Shown here piece by piece: positions 38,401 to 50,527 of a stretch of DNA of 64,000 nucleotides. Made by a program: the position numbers and the translations under genes. The notes under the pieces are model-generated. The model saw only the letters and a program-made list of their open reading frames with translations. It was not told the origin of the DNA and ran no database searches. The stretch covers positions 38,756,437 to 38,820,436 of the forward strand of contig NC_092672.1 in the NCBI RefSeq assembly GCF_964355755.1, in the 5' to 3' direction. Position 1 is the first letter of the stretch. Each line of letters starts with the position of its first letter. Origin of the DNA: Antedon mediterranea. Lineage: Eukaryota > Animalia > Echinodermata.

Positions 38401-41400
38401 AGACAACTGCTCCCTCTAGAATGTCGTATAGTAAACGTTTCTCAAATCCATGTGTTTTGAAAGAAGTTAGTTTCACGGAAGATGTGCCTAAGCCGATGCC
38501 GCTTTCTCAGCATAGTGAGAGCGTTGCAAGTTTTGATTCAACAACTTCTAATAAGGATTTGCCGCATTTTGAGTTTGAAGTCGCTAATTTTTTCATTTTT
38601 GGCTCTCAACTGGGAATTGTCATCACTCAGCGTATGTTAAAGTTTGGAGACAAGACAGGTAAACAGTTTAATATTTTTAATTCTTATAAACCATTTGTAA
38701 TGATAATACTGAGAAAAAAAGTCATTCTAAAGCTCTGTCTAAACTATCAAACTTTATGGGACAAAAAATGTGATTTGCCCATATATGGAATGATGATGTC
38801 ATATCACTACCATATATGGGCACATCAAACTTTTTTTTGTCAAACTAGTTTGATAGTGTAGGCAGAACTTAAGAGCTCTTGCATATATATTTAAACTTTT
38901 TTTTATTTTACCCATTTTATCATATTTTAATGTTTTATATACATGAGAAGCAAGACAATTTTCGAGCCAGAGTATGTAACGGAATAAAATGAATTGAATT
39001 GTATTTACAGCTATACCACCCAAACCAGCTTGTGGACAAGTGTTTAACATGTTTCACCGCACAGACCCCTCTGCTTCAAGAATTGAGCCTCTTCTTCATC
39101 AAAGATTCTCTCTTCTTCCTCCATCTTGGGTTGAGCGTTACCAAAAGTTTCCTCTTGGAGATGGACATACAGTTAATCTTGGTAAGATATGTTTTTATCC
39201 TGTATAAATATGTTTTTAAATAAATAAATAAAGAATACAGTACATATGCATAATTTGGAAATAAAATAATAATTTACATAATTCTTCTTCAGGTGATGTT
39301 ATCCAAAGCAATTCCTATCTCTTCATTGAGAATATTGCTGTGAATTGTATGACAAGCCGGTCCAGCATCTGCAGCCAAATGTCTATGGATTTTGATGTCA
39401 ATGGAGTTGGCCACATTGCGAGTTGTAAGTTTCTCTCATTGATTCTATTTTCCTGTTCTTGTTCAAAGTTGGTAGTTTGTTGTGTTCATTTGTGATCTCA
39501 GAGCAGTACTGACAGGGCCGTAGCCACCAGTATGGTTGGTAAGGTTTCAACATGACTACTTTTTCACAGAGGCCTTTGATAAACCAGTGGCTTGAACCAG
39601 TGACTTTGATAAACCAGTGGCTTGAACCAGTGACTTTGATAAACCAGTGGCTTGAACCAGTGACTTTGATAAACCAGTGGCTTGAACCAGTGACTTTGAT
39701 AAACCAGTGGCTTGAACCAGTGACTTTGATAAACCAGTGGCTTGAACCAGTGACTTTGATAAACCAGTGGCTTGAACCAGTGACTTTGATAAACCAGTGG
39801 CTTGAACCAGTGACTTTGATAAACCAGTGGCTTGAACCAGTGACTTTGAGAAACCAGTGACTTTGAGAAACCAGTGACTTTGATAAACCAGTGGCTTGAA
39901 CCAGTGACTTTGATAAACCAGTGGCTTGAACCAGTGACTTTGATAAACCAGTGGCTTGAACAGCGATTGTTTATATTTCTTGTGAAAACCGGACCACGTT
40001 ATTTCTTGTGGCTACATTACTAAATGATAAATATGTAATCAGCAGCTTTATTAATAATGCAATAACTTAACATGCAATATTACTATAAATATGGTTATAA
40101 ATTTCATTTGTACTTTGTTGTTTAAATAACAATAAATAGTATTGTATAAATAATGTGTTTTCCTTGACAGTTGTGAACAATATCAGCAGCAAATGGTGGG
40201 GAGATAAGAGGGTGGACTATAGTCTCTATTGTCCAGAGGCTTTGCAGTCTTTTCCCACTGGAACTTTGCCACATCTGTTCCATGCCAGCTACTGGGAGTC
40301 TACTGATGTTGTTGCTTTTATACTTAGGCAGGTTAGTATAATAAATAATAATATCCTGAATTTATATAGCGCCTAATGTTGTGAAACCCCTAAGCGCTGA
40401 ACATTATTACCCCAGTAATTTTTTTTGTGGATCAAACACGTATGGAAACATACTCCCATAATGCAGCTAGTAATCACGCAAAGTTGTGTCTTGATCTAAC
40501 CGGGTTCCCATTTATACACCTGGATGGAGAGAGGCAAACGTAAGTAAAGTGTCTTGCCTAAGGATACAAGCAATGCGGCGAACCTCAATCTCACGATCAG
40601 TAGTCCAACGTCCAACACACTGCACCACGCCCTCATAGATATTTCTTTGTTAATATGTTTTAGGTTTTCCAGTATGATCATGCAAGCTTCTATACTGGTG
40701 ACAGAAGCATTTCAATGTTTTCTCCAAATCAACCCAGAGAAAAATGGCAAAGAAAGAGAACTGCAGTAAAAATGAAGGTACAGTGAATTTATCATAGAAT
40801 CATCAAATACTGTTAAGATTAAATTAAAAGGGTAAAAAGTGTTTCTATAACTAGCCAAACAAGGATCACCCTAACCCTAAGAAGTTGAAAAGCACCGACT
40901 ATGTTTTAGCTGTATATGTCAGACTTATTTATTTTTATATTTATAAGAAAAATTAATTGATAATTAAAACTGTAATTTACACAATTCTAATGTGTAGTAG
41001 TTTAGTTTGATTTAGTTAAATTACAAATAAGCGATTGAGGTTATTAACAAAAATGACATGTTCATTAATTTTATGATGGAAACCGGCGCAATATAAGATT
41101 TCCTTATTATTTACTGTATTAGCAAAGTACGCATCCCAATCACCGTGCTAACGATGTTATGGTTCTAGAGGGCGACGATCAAATTATTAGTTCTCGCTTT
41201 ATGTATGGTTCACTGGATATGGTCACACTTACTGGAGAAAAGGTACAATTACATTCAAATTTATAAAATCACGTAATAATAATAATAATAAATTTAGACT
41301 TTTCAGTGCATAAAGCCTCTATATGCTGCACATAAAAATGAAAATAATCAATAAAGATCAATTAAAAATGAGAGTGACCGGCCATAAAATATATGGATCT

Positions 41401-43195
41401 CAACTGAATACTCTGTCTACTCCATATTATATATGAGCAGTCTGGTGTAAGAGCATAATCAATTTCTTGTGCTTATATCATGATGTGGATGATGATTTAT
41501 TCTTGTTGTTGTTGTTGTTTAGGTTGACCTGTTCATGATGACCCAACCTCCAAACGGCGAGTGGGTACACTTTGACACTTTCACTACCAACAGTCATGGC
41601 CGTATAACTTACACCATCCCACCATCACGTAGACTAGGCCATGGTATCTATCCTGTTAAGATGGTGGTCAGGTATATACACTGATATTCTTATTTCTCTT
41701 TTGTAATTCATAAATAATTACTGGAACTAAAGTCTATAATAACTCAACCTAAGTCTACTTTTGTCATTTTAACAACTAATTTATTATTATATACAATAAA
41801 TGTGTAAAAATAGTGAATTAATTTTGTTTTTTTCAGAGGTGATCACACATCAGCAGACTGTTATTTAACTGTACTGCCCCCTTGTACTGATTGTGTTGTG
41901 TTTAGCATTGATGGTTCATTTACAGCTAGTGTTTCAATCATGGGTCGTGATCCTAAAGTCAGGGCTGGTGCAGTTGACGTTGTTAGGTAAAACCTGACTT
42001 TTGTCACATAGAAAAAACTACATATTATGATATTGCTATGGAAATTTGAACAAGAAATCTAATAATTTCGCACCTTATAGAGATATACTATTTAACGATG
42101 GTTTATTTTATTCTATATTCAGTACCAAGTTTTCAAACTCTCCTCATATAAAATAATTGTTTTATCCAGGCATTGGCAGGAGCTAGGCTACCTTGTGATT
42201 TACATTACAGCAAGGCCAAGTATGCAGAAACAGAAAGTTGTAGCTTGGCTGGCCCAGCACAACTTCCCACATGGCATGGTTCAATTCTGTGATAGCATCA
42301 CCACTGATCCACTGCGACAGAAGACTAATATCCTCAAGGGGTTGATTGACAATGTAAGTATGAATTTAGGTTACGACACACATAGTTGCCCTAGGCATAC
42401 TTTAAAAATATATATTATATTATGAAAAATTATTATTAAAGGTAGAAGGTCCCAATTCTACTAATGTTCTGAACCTACATTCTAGAAACTATAAATTTGT
42501 TTTTTAAAAGGTTTAGATACAATCTTTTTATTGTTATCATGTACCTTTCTTATTACATATTTAAACCCTTTAGGCTCACATAGTGATACATGCAGCATAT
42601 GGATCTAGTAAAGACATATCTGTGTATTCTTCTGTTGGTTTGAAATCTGAACAGATATACATCATTGGCAAGGCCTCCAAAAAACAGCAATTGCAGGCTC
42701 AGGTGAGATCAATTAAAACTACTTGATGTGGTACAGGCACAACTTATCTAAACCTCTGTCTACATTATTAAACTTTATGTGACAACAAAATGTGATGTGC
42801 CCATATATGGATTTGATGATGTCATATCACTACTATATTTGAGAATATCACTACCATATTTAGGCACATCACACTTTGATGTTGTAGACAGAAGTATTGG
42901 TACTGCAGTCCTACTCCAATTTTCATGTGTTTTTTTTGTTCTATAGCTTTTATCAGACGGATACTCGGCTCATTTAGAACACCTGGTTCTTACATCATGC
43001 CCTTCAGCTGGTAACTCACGAATGGTGCTCAGAAAAGGATGCTTTTCACTTCCTGGGTTTGGATCAACTCGCAGCGTTAAGACACCTGCTTATCGATCAA
43101 AGTCATACCAATGTACAGCAATTCCTAGTGGACAAGGTTACGGTCTAGGACCACGGTCAATGAGTCAAAGTGATCAACGATTACCAAGCAAATGA
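23495..43195 (+). CDS. PITPNM: Membrane-associated phosphatidylinositol transfer protein (PITPNM/Nir/rdgB): PITP, FFAT, DDHD and LNS2 domains, 20 coding exons
   Basis: Exons 23495-23572, 32470-32602, 33176-33379, 33519-33764, 34190-34546, 35028-35120, 35217-35285, 37046-37343, 37715-37925, 38160-38658, 39011-39181, 39293-39424, 40171-40331, 40664-40777, 41123-41242, 41523-41671, 41837-41986, 42170-42353, 42574-42702, 42947-43195. [90 protein letters not shown]. Probable non-coding first exon ending at donor 21160 and acceptor at 23421. Confidence 0.95.
23551..24325 (+). repeat. 75 bp tandem repeat containing the PITPNM exon 1 3' end and donor (9 extra donors)
   Basis: AGCTCTATATGATACAG|GTGAG recurs with GT at 23663, 23738, 23813, 23888, 23963, 24038, 24113, 24188, 24278. 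Confidence 0.95.
24416..25682. repeat. 38 bp minisatellite, about 21 copies, interrupted by a TTAA-targeting element
   Basis: Unit AAGCATTGGCGGCCTAATGCGTCCTCAAACAATGTATT. Confidence 0.95.
24466..24922. mobile_element. Kolobok-like non-autonomous element (457 bp)
   Basis: TTAA duplicated (24462-24465, 24923-24926) exactly at the repeat's TTAA; imperfect TIR AGCCCCATTCCCTACG vs AGACCCCTTCCCTGCA; AG...CT termini fit Kolobok better than piggyBac (CC..GG). Confidence 0.75.
26137..27765. repeat. About 89 bp pyrimidine-rich tandem repeat, about 18 copies
   Basis: Unit TTGCAATCTTTTCTCCTTAATGTTGGTGCTTTCTCGTGTCAACTCTATTTAGCCTCATATACATTGCACACTATCTTTCTGTGGACTCT. Confidence 0.95.
29060..29096 (+). ncRNA. 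Minimal type I hammerhead ribozyme-like motif (Penelope-like element type)
   Basis: GCA-CTGATGA-agggctagtgttgacc-GAAA-GC-TC-TGC: both catalytic boxes, UC cleavage dinucleotide, GCA/TGC stem I, imperfect GG../..CC stem II, palindromic AGCT minimal stem III. Confidence 0.6.
29151..32420. repeat. 48 bp tandem repeat, about 50 copies in two blocks (29151-29436, 30348-32420)
   Basis: Unit TTTTGTATCTCYATTGAGATCCAGCCACTGATACCCACARCATTGTCA; 16-codon period gives the spurious 700 aa ORFs. Confidence 0.97.
29437..30347. mobile_element. About 0.9 kb TIR element inserted in the 48 bp array
   Basis: TIR TTGGGCCCGTTTCTGCTGCCAA / TTGGCAGCAGAAACGGGGCCAA with subterminal ATATACCGTA repeats; extra internal TIR-like copies near 30140 and 30262; TSD not clearly resolved. 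Confidence 0.75.
33905..34043. mobile_element. Short dispersed hAT-like MITE (unamplified copy)
   Basis: Shares CACCAGTATGGTTGGTAAGGTTTCAA...CCTTTGATAA...GGCTTGAACA..GATTGTT...TTCTTGTGAAAACCG with 39512-40021. Confidence 0.6.
35271..36740 (+). repeat. 56 bp tandem repeat containing the PITPNM exon 7 3' end and donor (10 extra donors), split by a Harbinger element
   Basis: GATGACTGAAG|GTAGGTAGG recurs with GT at 35342, 35398, 35454, 35510, 35566, 36472, 36528, 36584, 36640, 36696. Confidence 0.95.
35603..36449. mobile_element. PIF/Harbinger deletion derivative with Myb/SANT-like remnant
   Basis: TIR GGGCCTGTTTCTAT / ATAGAAACAGGCCC; 3 bp TSD TCA proven by the uninterrupted repeat units; ORF 36130-36354 has [17 protein letters not shown], like the end of Harbinger Myb/SANT domains. 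Confidence 0.88.
39512..40021. mobile_element. hAT-like MITE with an internal 30 bp minisatellite (about 13 copies, 39573-39961)
   Basis: Begins CAGGGCCGTAGCCAC, ends GTGGCTACATTACT; repeat unit CTTTGATAAACCAGTGGCTTGAACCAGTGA. Confidence 0.75.
40357..40632 (-). mobile_element. Second copy of the tRNA-derived SINE (B box partly deleted)
   Basis: Long identity with 10783-11091 (GGATCAAACACGTATGGAAACATACTCCCATAATGCAG, CCCATTTATACACCTGG, GGATACAAGCAATGCGGCGA); occupies most of intron 13. Confidence 0.85.
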
Positions 43196-45348
43196 ATATG
43201 CAGACACAAGAATGACAATTTGAGATTCAAATTAGTAGACTCTATTTTTGATATATTGAATTTCAGCATTTGATGATGAAAATAGCTTCTGCTTTAAAAA
43301 AAGGGTATCTAGTTTAGACTTAGACAAGTTCTGCCACAAGCTGTACATGCTTTGGTGAATATTGTTGTTTTACTTCTCGAATAGGAACAGAGTCAGAATA
43401 TCAGAGTTGTTTTAAGATGTAAAATATTTGCATCAAACCTGGATGTAGATTTATGCTATCTTCATTGTTTTCTATTTTTGCTATAGATGTGGGTGTCTGA
43501 GAATGTATGTAGCTTTTATGTCTGTAGCGTATATCTTTAAGTCATTGAAAATTTCAATGTGCAAAATTAGTTAAAATATAGATATATACCATCCATGATT
43601 GGCTGGTAGAATATTGATTATTAAGCAATTCAATTTCTAATAGGTAATTACTAATTGGATTATTTATAGACTACCTTGAAAACAAATTACTCATTTTATT
43701 TCTTTCAATTAATTGTAAATATTCATAAAGAATATAATACTTCCTTTCTTTTACATTGAGAGTTTATAAATAAAGCTTTTATTTTATAGTATATTTTATT
43801 TTTATTTATTTACTTTACAAATTAGGTGCAAGCTGATAATGAATGTAGTTTAGAAGAAATAGAATCTTTAACTTTACATATTTTTAGTAAATATATATAA
43901 ATTTGTTTGGAAAGATAATGTAAAGACATATCAACATGGGTAGAACACTATGAAACTGATTTTGACCTTGATACAGTAAGTGTAAAGCATTTCAGTATTC
44001 AGTATTCAGTGTATCTGACATTTTCATGTAAGTAATATCAATACCACCAAGATTTTTGTCATTAAATATTAATGTGAACAAATCATTCTTAAATTAAAAA
44101 AATAAATGTGCAATTTCACAATAAAAGTATTTATATGTAAATAAAAATGTATTTTAGCTAAAATATTTTATTTATTTTTTTTTTTTTATTCAATTTCCAG
44201 GTAACATACAAAAATCACACAATACAAATTTCACAAAGATTAATATTTTAAGTATGAAACATGATTGAATTGTGTGATAGATTATTGTTTACTTTTTTAT
44301 GTCAAAATGTTGTTTGATTTGTGTGTATACTCCAGTGTATAGTGTAGTATTTAGTATATTGTATAGTGTTATATGTTACTTTATGGTTGATGTTTAGACA
44401 TGCTTGCCTTACAATTCCAGAAAACTGGATTTCTCGCCATGTACTTTTTAGTGAAAATAAATGCCACTCAAAGCTTTATAATACTCTACAATAAATAAAT
44501 TATTAATTAATGCACAGCCAGTAATTTGTCAACTGGTAGCTTATTAGTAATAAGTATGTCTGCAGTGGTTTCATAGGCTACTACTGTCAGTTGTAGTTAC
44601 ACAGAATTTGCCAAAATAAAACACAAATTATAATAAGAGTTCATAATGTATCGGTAGCGCAAAGATTATTATTATAAATCAGGATAGATTTTACTCATTG
44701 TAAAATATACAAACGTGTTTATTATTAAACCTCAAAATATGTGTGCAATAATAAAACTGTGGATATTGTATTTTGTTAGTGACTATTATTTAACTATCCA
44801 TATCTGTAAAAGAAATATATCCGTAGAGGTTCGAACCCAATCTAGAGCTGAGAGCACTCAAAACTGAGCATTACCCATTACGCCACAAAGTATTTGACTG
44901 AACAGCTGATAATAGTGTATTTATACGCGTATTACGTAATTCATCATTACGTCATAAATAGACATATTTGTCGTTTTTGAGTGGACCGTTGAGTAGTTTT
45001 TCCGTTGAGTACTTCTTTAACGGAGTATTTTGAGCGTTGAGATTGTTCTTAACAAAAAAGCTTTCGTTGTCAACGTTTTCTATTCGAATGACTTTCTGTT
45101 GAGCACAAATTCACAATTCGAATACAAAAAGTACTCAACGAATCTTTACGTTGACAACGAAAGTTCCCAATCGAATACGACAATGGCGAGAAGCTCAGTC
45201 GACTCGAGCGTCGTGTTTGAATGTCGACACGCTGGTCGCATTTTCTACTAACTTAACTTAACATTTGATTTTTGACGTATTGAATTTTATGTTTAGCGCC
45301 CTCTATTTAATTTAATGAAAAAAAAGAACACGTTTTACAAAAAAAAAC

Positions 45349-48300
45349 ATGGCTGCACACACGGAGAGCAACGATGAACCCGAGAAAAAAAGGCCAAAGA
45401 TAATAAAAACGCTCCATGAAAAAAACTTAGATAAACGTTTGATTGTTGTTCTAGAGAATGCATCACTTGAAACAGTTAAGGTGCGTAATACAATTTAAGG
45501 CGCGTAGATAATAGATAGGCTAGCGGGGGCTAGGCTAGGCCTACTACTACTACTACTAGCCTATCTATAGGCCTACTAGTAATAGCTACTAGGCTAGGCC
45601 TACTAACTAGCCTAGCTAGCTAGGCCTAGGCTAGTAGCTAGCCTACTAGGCTAGGCCTAGTAGTAGGAAAGAGCGCCGATGATTTCATGACACAGCTGTC
45701 CTGTAGGCTGTACAGATACTATGCCCCTAGTAGGCCTGTTATGCGCGATTTGAACGATTTGCGCAATTTGAAATTGCGCAAAAAAATCCTTGCGCAATTT
45801 GAAATTGCGCAAAGAATTCTTGCGCAATTTAAAATTGCGCAAGGATTTTTGTGCGCAATTTCAAATTGCGCAATCAACTTGCGCAATTTCAAATTGCGCA
45901 AGAAAATCTTTGCGCAATTTTAAATTGCGCTGCACAATTTGTAAATTGCGCAAGATAGTTCTTGCGCAATATGACACCTTTGCGCAATTTGAAAACGAAC
46001 TGTAAATTTTCCCATACATGGCTAGGCTAGGCCTAGGCAGAGGAGTTTAAAATTTAGTATTTTATTATATAGGGTAAATAAGACCATTTCAATGAAGATA
46101 ATGTTAATACTCACTTTTTAAGTTTTTAATATTAGTTTAAGCTAGGCCATGTAACCTAGTCAGTATCAGTAGTCCAAACCCTAGCTAGGCTAGAGTAGTA
46201 TAGCCGGCCGCCCGCGCCGCGCCCGCCTGGTGGAACACCACCGCTTCGTTTTCCTTCGTCGGTTCTTCGACGGTATGCTAACTTATAACAATATTTGCAC
46301 TACTAAATTAAGGAAATGCGATATTTATCTTTAATTTTGAATCATTCTTAGAAATTACTATAAAAATATGGGTGTGCATGATTTCACAATCTGTCGAAAA
46401 ACCTTGCGCAATTTGCAGATTACTTGCGCAATTTAATACGTTGCTTGCGCAATTTGAAACACATGTTTCAATTCAAATTGCGCAAGGATTTTTTTTGCGC
46501 AATTTCAAATTGCGCAAATCGTTCAAATCGCGCATAACAGGCCTACTTAACTAGCCTAGGCCTTTTCCCTTTTTAGTTAGGCCGGCCCTAAACTAGCTTG
46601 AATTACCCAACAAGACTACTAATACTAGTACTAAGACCAAGAAAGGGTACAGCAACGCAGCATTAGAGAGGTAGATGAGTTGAGTTAAATGTTACTAGTA
46701 ATGTTCAGTATAGCCCCTTTCTCACAGAGCTGAGTGCCTGGAATATTGCGGGAATATACCATTACCATGCCGGTATGGTTTTCTGTGAGAACGGGTCGTC
46801 TTGGCATCATGCCGGCACCATGCCGGCATCGACATGACCTGCTTTAGACCTAGTAATATTCTAGGGATATTCCCCGCAATGCCAGACGGGCATTCTGTGA
46901 GAACGTAACGCCGTTATATTCCGGGGTTCCCTGTCGAGGCTTCAGACACCTTGCGCGGTCAAGTGTATCACTTTGGCGCCAATTCAATTAACAATAATAA
47001 TGTCGAACTGGAGGGATAATGAGATAAGAGAGCTGCTTAAAATAAGGGGACAAGAAGAAATTTGTAGCATAATCTATAGCAGGCCTCTAGGCCATATAGG
47101 CCTAGGCCTAGCTCTTTGTTGGTGCCTAACTAGCCTGACCCTTCGTCGCCTTGTAAATTGTACAGCCTTCTAAGGTGTTTTACAGATTGCCGATGACGGC
47201 TAATTAATTGCTGTACCTGTATAATATATGCACAATATACTGTACATAGCATGTATTGCATAAATATGCTATAAAGGAAGATAATAATCTGTAACCTAAC
47301 ATTCGCCGCCATATATCCCTAGACAAAAATAATAACAATAAAGGACGCCCTCAATAATTATTTTGTCAGAGACTTTTTATCGGCCGAATATGCCCGACTC
47401 CTTTCTCACAGAAAGCCGGTATATACCGGTTATATTTCCGGCACGATAGTCCGATGAGAATGGGTATATGCCGGTAACGATACCGGCACGACGCCAGCAT
47501 TGTACCGGTATATTGCAGACACATCTGTGAGAAAGGGGCTTATGTAGCGCCAGTTTATGCATATGAATACCGTAACTTGAATTTCACTGTTTGAAAAAGA
47601 GTGAAAAAGTTAAAAGTACAGTATATTATAAAGTAAAATTTAAAATTAAAGGAAAATGTGTTGTTTTGTATATTTTATTTATATATTGTTTTATTTAATT
47701 ATTCACAGTCTTCAATAGCAATTTAACTGTATATTAACATTGTCATTATAATATAATAATAGGGCCTAGCCTAGATAGTGTTATTTTTCTTTTACTTATT
47801 ACAATTTATTATTAATATTATATGGCAAAGGTTTTAACTGAAAGGTTAAAAGGTGATGTTTAACCAGTTGTAAAGAGGATGGGATGTTTTATTGCTTCAT
47901 TTTGGTAGGATAATATTAATAAATAAATAAAAGTAATTTAATTTTATCTTTCAGACAACAAAGGGATTTGAATTATTGAATTGTGATCATCATAAGCACT
48001 TAATGAAAAAATATAAAAGGAATCCATCAGATTGTCGACCAGACATTGCTCATCAGGTACAAACATGTTTACTATCACAGCAGCAGGTCGTCAAAATGTG
48101 ATACAGAAATCAGAAAAAAACATTCAATTCCAATAAAAGAATTTGTTTGCTTTTGCCACACCTAATTGGCAACAGAAACTGTTGGGCTCTTTTGCCACTT
48201 CTTGGCGCAATCTAGCTTTTTTTTGTATGTTTGTATAAATGTGTTAATAAAATAAAATTATATAATAATAATAATGATGATGAACTAAGTTTCTAAGCTA

Positions 48301-50126
48301 TTTACACAAATATCCTAAAAAATAACCCCTCCCGAAAAAAATATAACGCAGAAGAACCATGTTCACTGCTGCATGCTATTCATGTACCGTAATTGCTTTT
48401 ATATGAATAGTTTTAAAAGCTCTATCCCAAAATTGGATACTGTGTTTTGTAAACAATGATGAAATTCGTAATAATGTTTTTCTTTTTTAAAGTGTTTACT
48501 GATGTTATTTGATAGTCCTTTAAACAGAGCTGGCCTCTTACAAGTGTTTGTTCACACTGATAGGAACGTGTTGATTCAAATAAGCCCACAAACTAGGATA
48601 CCAAGGACCTTTGACAGATTTTGTGGTCTTCTTGGTAAGTACCTAATAATTGATTTGTATGGTATTGTTTTCTAACCTTTATTCATTTGTGCATTTTATT
48701 AATCATCTGATATATTTAAATTGTGTAAATAATTATAGTTTTGTTTTGTTTTTACTTAATTTGTACAACTTAGTTTTGTTATTTTTGTATTTTATACGTA
48801 ATGATGGAGTAAAAGCAGTTTTCTGTTTGGGCTCATGCCTATTACTTGCTGGAGTAAAAGCAGTTTTCTGTTTGGGCTCATGCCTATTACTTGCTGGAGT
48901 AAAAGCAGTTTTCTGTTTGGGCTCATGCCTATTACTTGCTGGAGTAAGAGCAGTTTTCTGTTTGGGCTCATGCCTATTACTTGCTGGAGTAAGAGCAGTT
49001 TTCTGTTTGGGCTCATGCCTATTACTTGCTGGAGTAAAAGCAGTTTTCTGTTTGGGCTCATGCCTATTACTTGCTGGAGTAAGAGCAGTTTTCTGTTTGG
49101 GCTCATGCCTATTACTTGCTGGAGTAAAATCAGTTTTCTGTTTGGGCTCATGCCTATTACTTGCTCCTAGCAAGATGAATTGTAAAACATACTTTTTAGA
49201 ACTTTTGCCGAATAAATATTATTATTATTATTAAGTATTCAAAACAACTATATTATTAGGTGCTAAATATTACCTGCACAGCCCGGCGAATAATGTGTAC
49301 ATGTTCTTTTTTATCTTTGATTACTGGTGGAATGCTATGTTTTGTATTTTTTATATGCAATATTTTATGTTCAACTTCAATTTATATAATGAATTACAAT
49401 AATAAAATACAAGTAATTAGCAATACATTTCTCCATCAACAAATGTTGACATGTAATGATACAGTGTAATTTTAATAGAAAGTACTCTTTCATTTTCAGT
49501 ACAGTTGCTTCACAAATTAAGTATCAGTGCATCAGATGGTCCTCAGAAGCTTTTGCGTATAATTAAAAATCCAGTATCCAGCCATCTGCCAGTTGGTTGC
49601 AAGAAAATATGTCTGTCATACAGTGCAAAGAAATTGGTAAAACCAAGTGAACTGGTCCCAGTTGATGGACCTGTTGTATTGGTTATTGGTGCAATGGCTC
49701 ATGGGAAGGTAACAATGCCTAGGGCAGTCACTGTATTATCTGTATTTGAGTTAAAGATACGAGTTAAAGATACAGTAACCTTAAATTAAGTTGTATCTAC
49801 ACTATCAAACATTATGTGACACTACCATATTTGGTAAAACTAGCCTTTACAGGTTATCTAATGATTGATAGTATGAGTAATGATGATGTATCACCAGTGA
49901 TTAAAATTAAGGCCAATTTTTTGCATTTTAATAATAGGTCAGACCAAATTTGGAAAGGATTTTGTTTATTTAATTTTACAGTTAAACTTTAACATCTGTT
50001 TGTTTTTTTTAGGTTGAACCAGACTTCACAGAAGATGATATCTCTATCAGCAATTACCCATTGTCTGGTGCCCTCACGTGTGCTAAGATTTGCTCCGCTT
50101 TTGAAGAAGGTTGGGGAATATTTTGA
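45349..50126 (+). CDS. EMG1: rRNA small subunit pseudouridine methyltransferase NEP1/EMG1, 5 coding exons
   Basis: Exons 45349-45480, 47955-48056, 48493-48634, 49500-49708, 50013-50126. RLIVVLENASLETVK, ELLNCDHH, RPDIAHQCLLMLFDSPLNRAG, PQTRIPRTFDRFCGL, IGAMAHG, ISNYPLSGALTCAKICSAFE. Confidence 0.96.
45729..46547. mobile_element. TIR element with long TIRs and subterminal TTGCGCAA palindromic repeats
   Basis: About 55 bp perfect TIR AGTAGGCCTGTTATGCGCGATTTGAACGATTTGCGCAATTTGAAATTGCGCA; more than 20 TGCGCA motifs; TSD not evident. Confidence 0.8.
46712..47540. mobile_element. PIF/Harbinger deletion derivative with N-terminal Myb/SANT remnant
   Basis: TIR AGCCCCTTTCTCACAGA / TCTGTGAGAAAGGGGCT, TSD TAT; internal MSNWRDNEIRELLKIRGQEEI resembles helix 1 of trihelix Myb/SANT domains. 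Confidence 0.85.
48805..49165. repeat. 45 bp tandem repeat x8 in EMG1 intron 3
   Basis: Unit GGAGTAARAGCAGTTTTCTGTTTGGGCTCATGCCTATTACTTGCT. Confidence 0.95.
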
Positions 50127-50527
50127 GCCAGTACTTTAACTATCTTGCTGGTGTACCAACATTGATTCAAAAGCGAGCATAGCTACATGATTCGCATCTA
50201 AAACACTTGTCTTGCTTAAATAGCTTGTACCTAGTACAAGATACCTACAGAGGCGATTTAGGTTAGAGTACCTAGTATTAATATAAATTGTGAATATAAT
50301 TATTTTTATTAAAACTTCACTGTGATTTAACAAAAATATGTGTCCAGATTAATGTTTTTTTTTTGTATTGTTTTAGATTACTGGTATTATTTTTATACTA
50401 AAAATTTGAATGGCCGTTTTTTCTCGGATCCCACTCTCCTTGGTCGCATCTCTTTTTGGAGTTTCACCCTTTAGCCAATCCATGGAACTATGAATTATAG
50501 CTCCATAGCAAATCTAATAAATGATTT

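Noticed and set aside
39552-39860. ORF with [10 protein letters not shown] repeats
   Set aside because: 30 bp minisatellite inside a MITE.
48650-49234. Hydrophobic repeat ORFs or a snoRNA in EMG1 intron 3
   Set aside because: 45 bp tandem repeat; no convincing C/D or H/ACA box arrangement.
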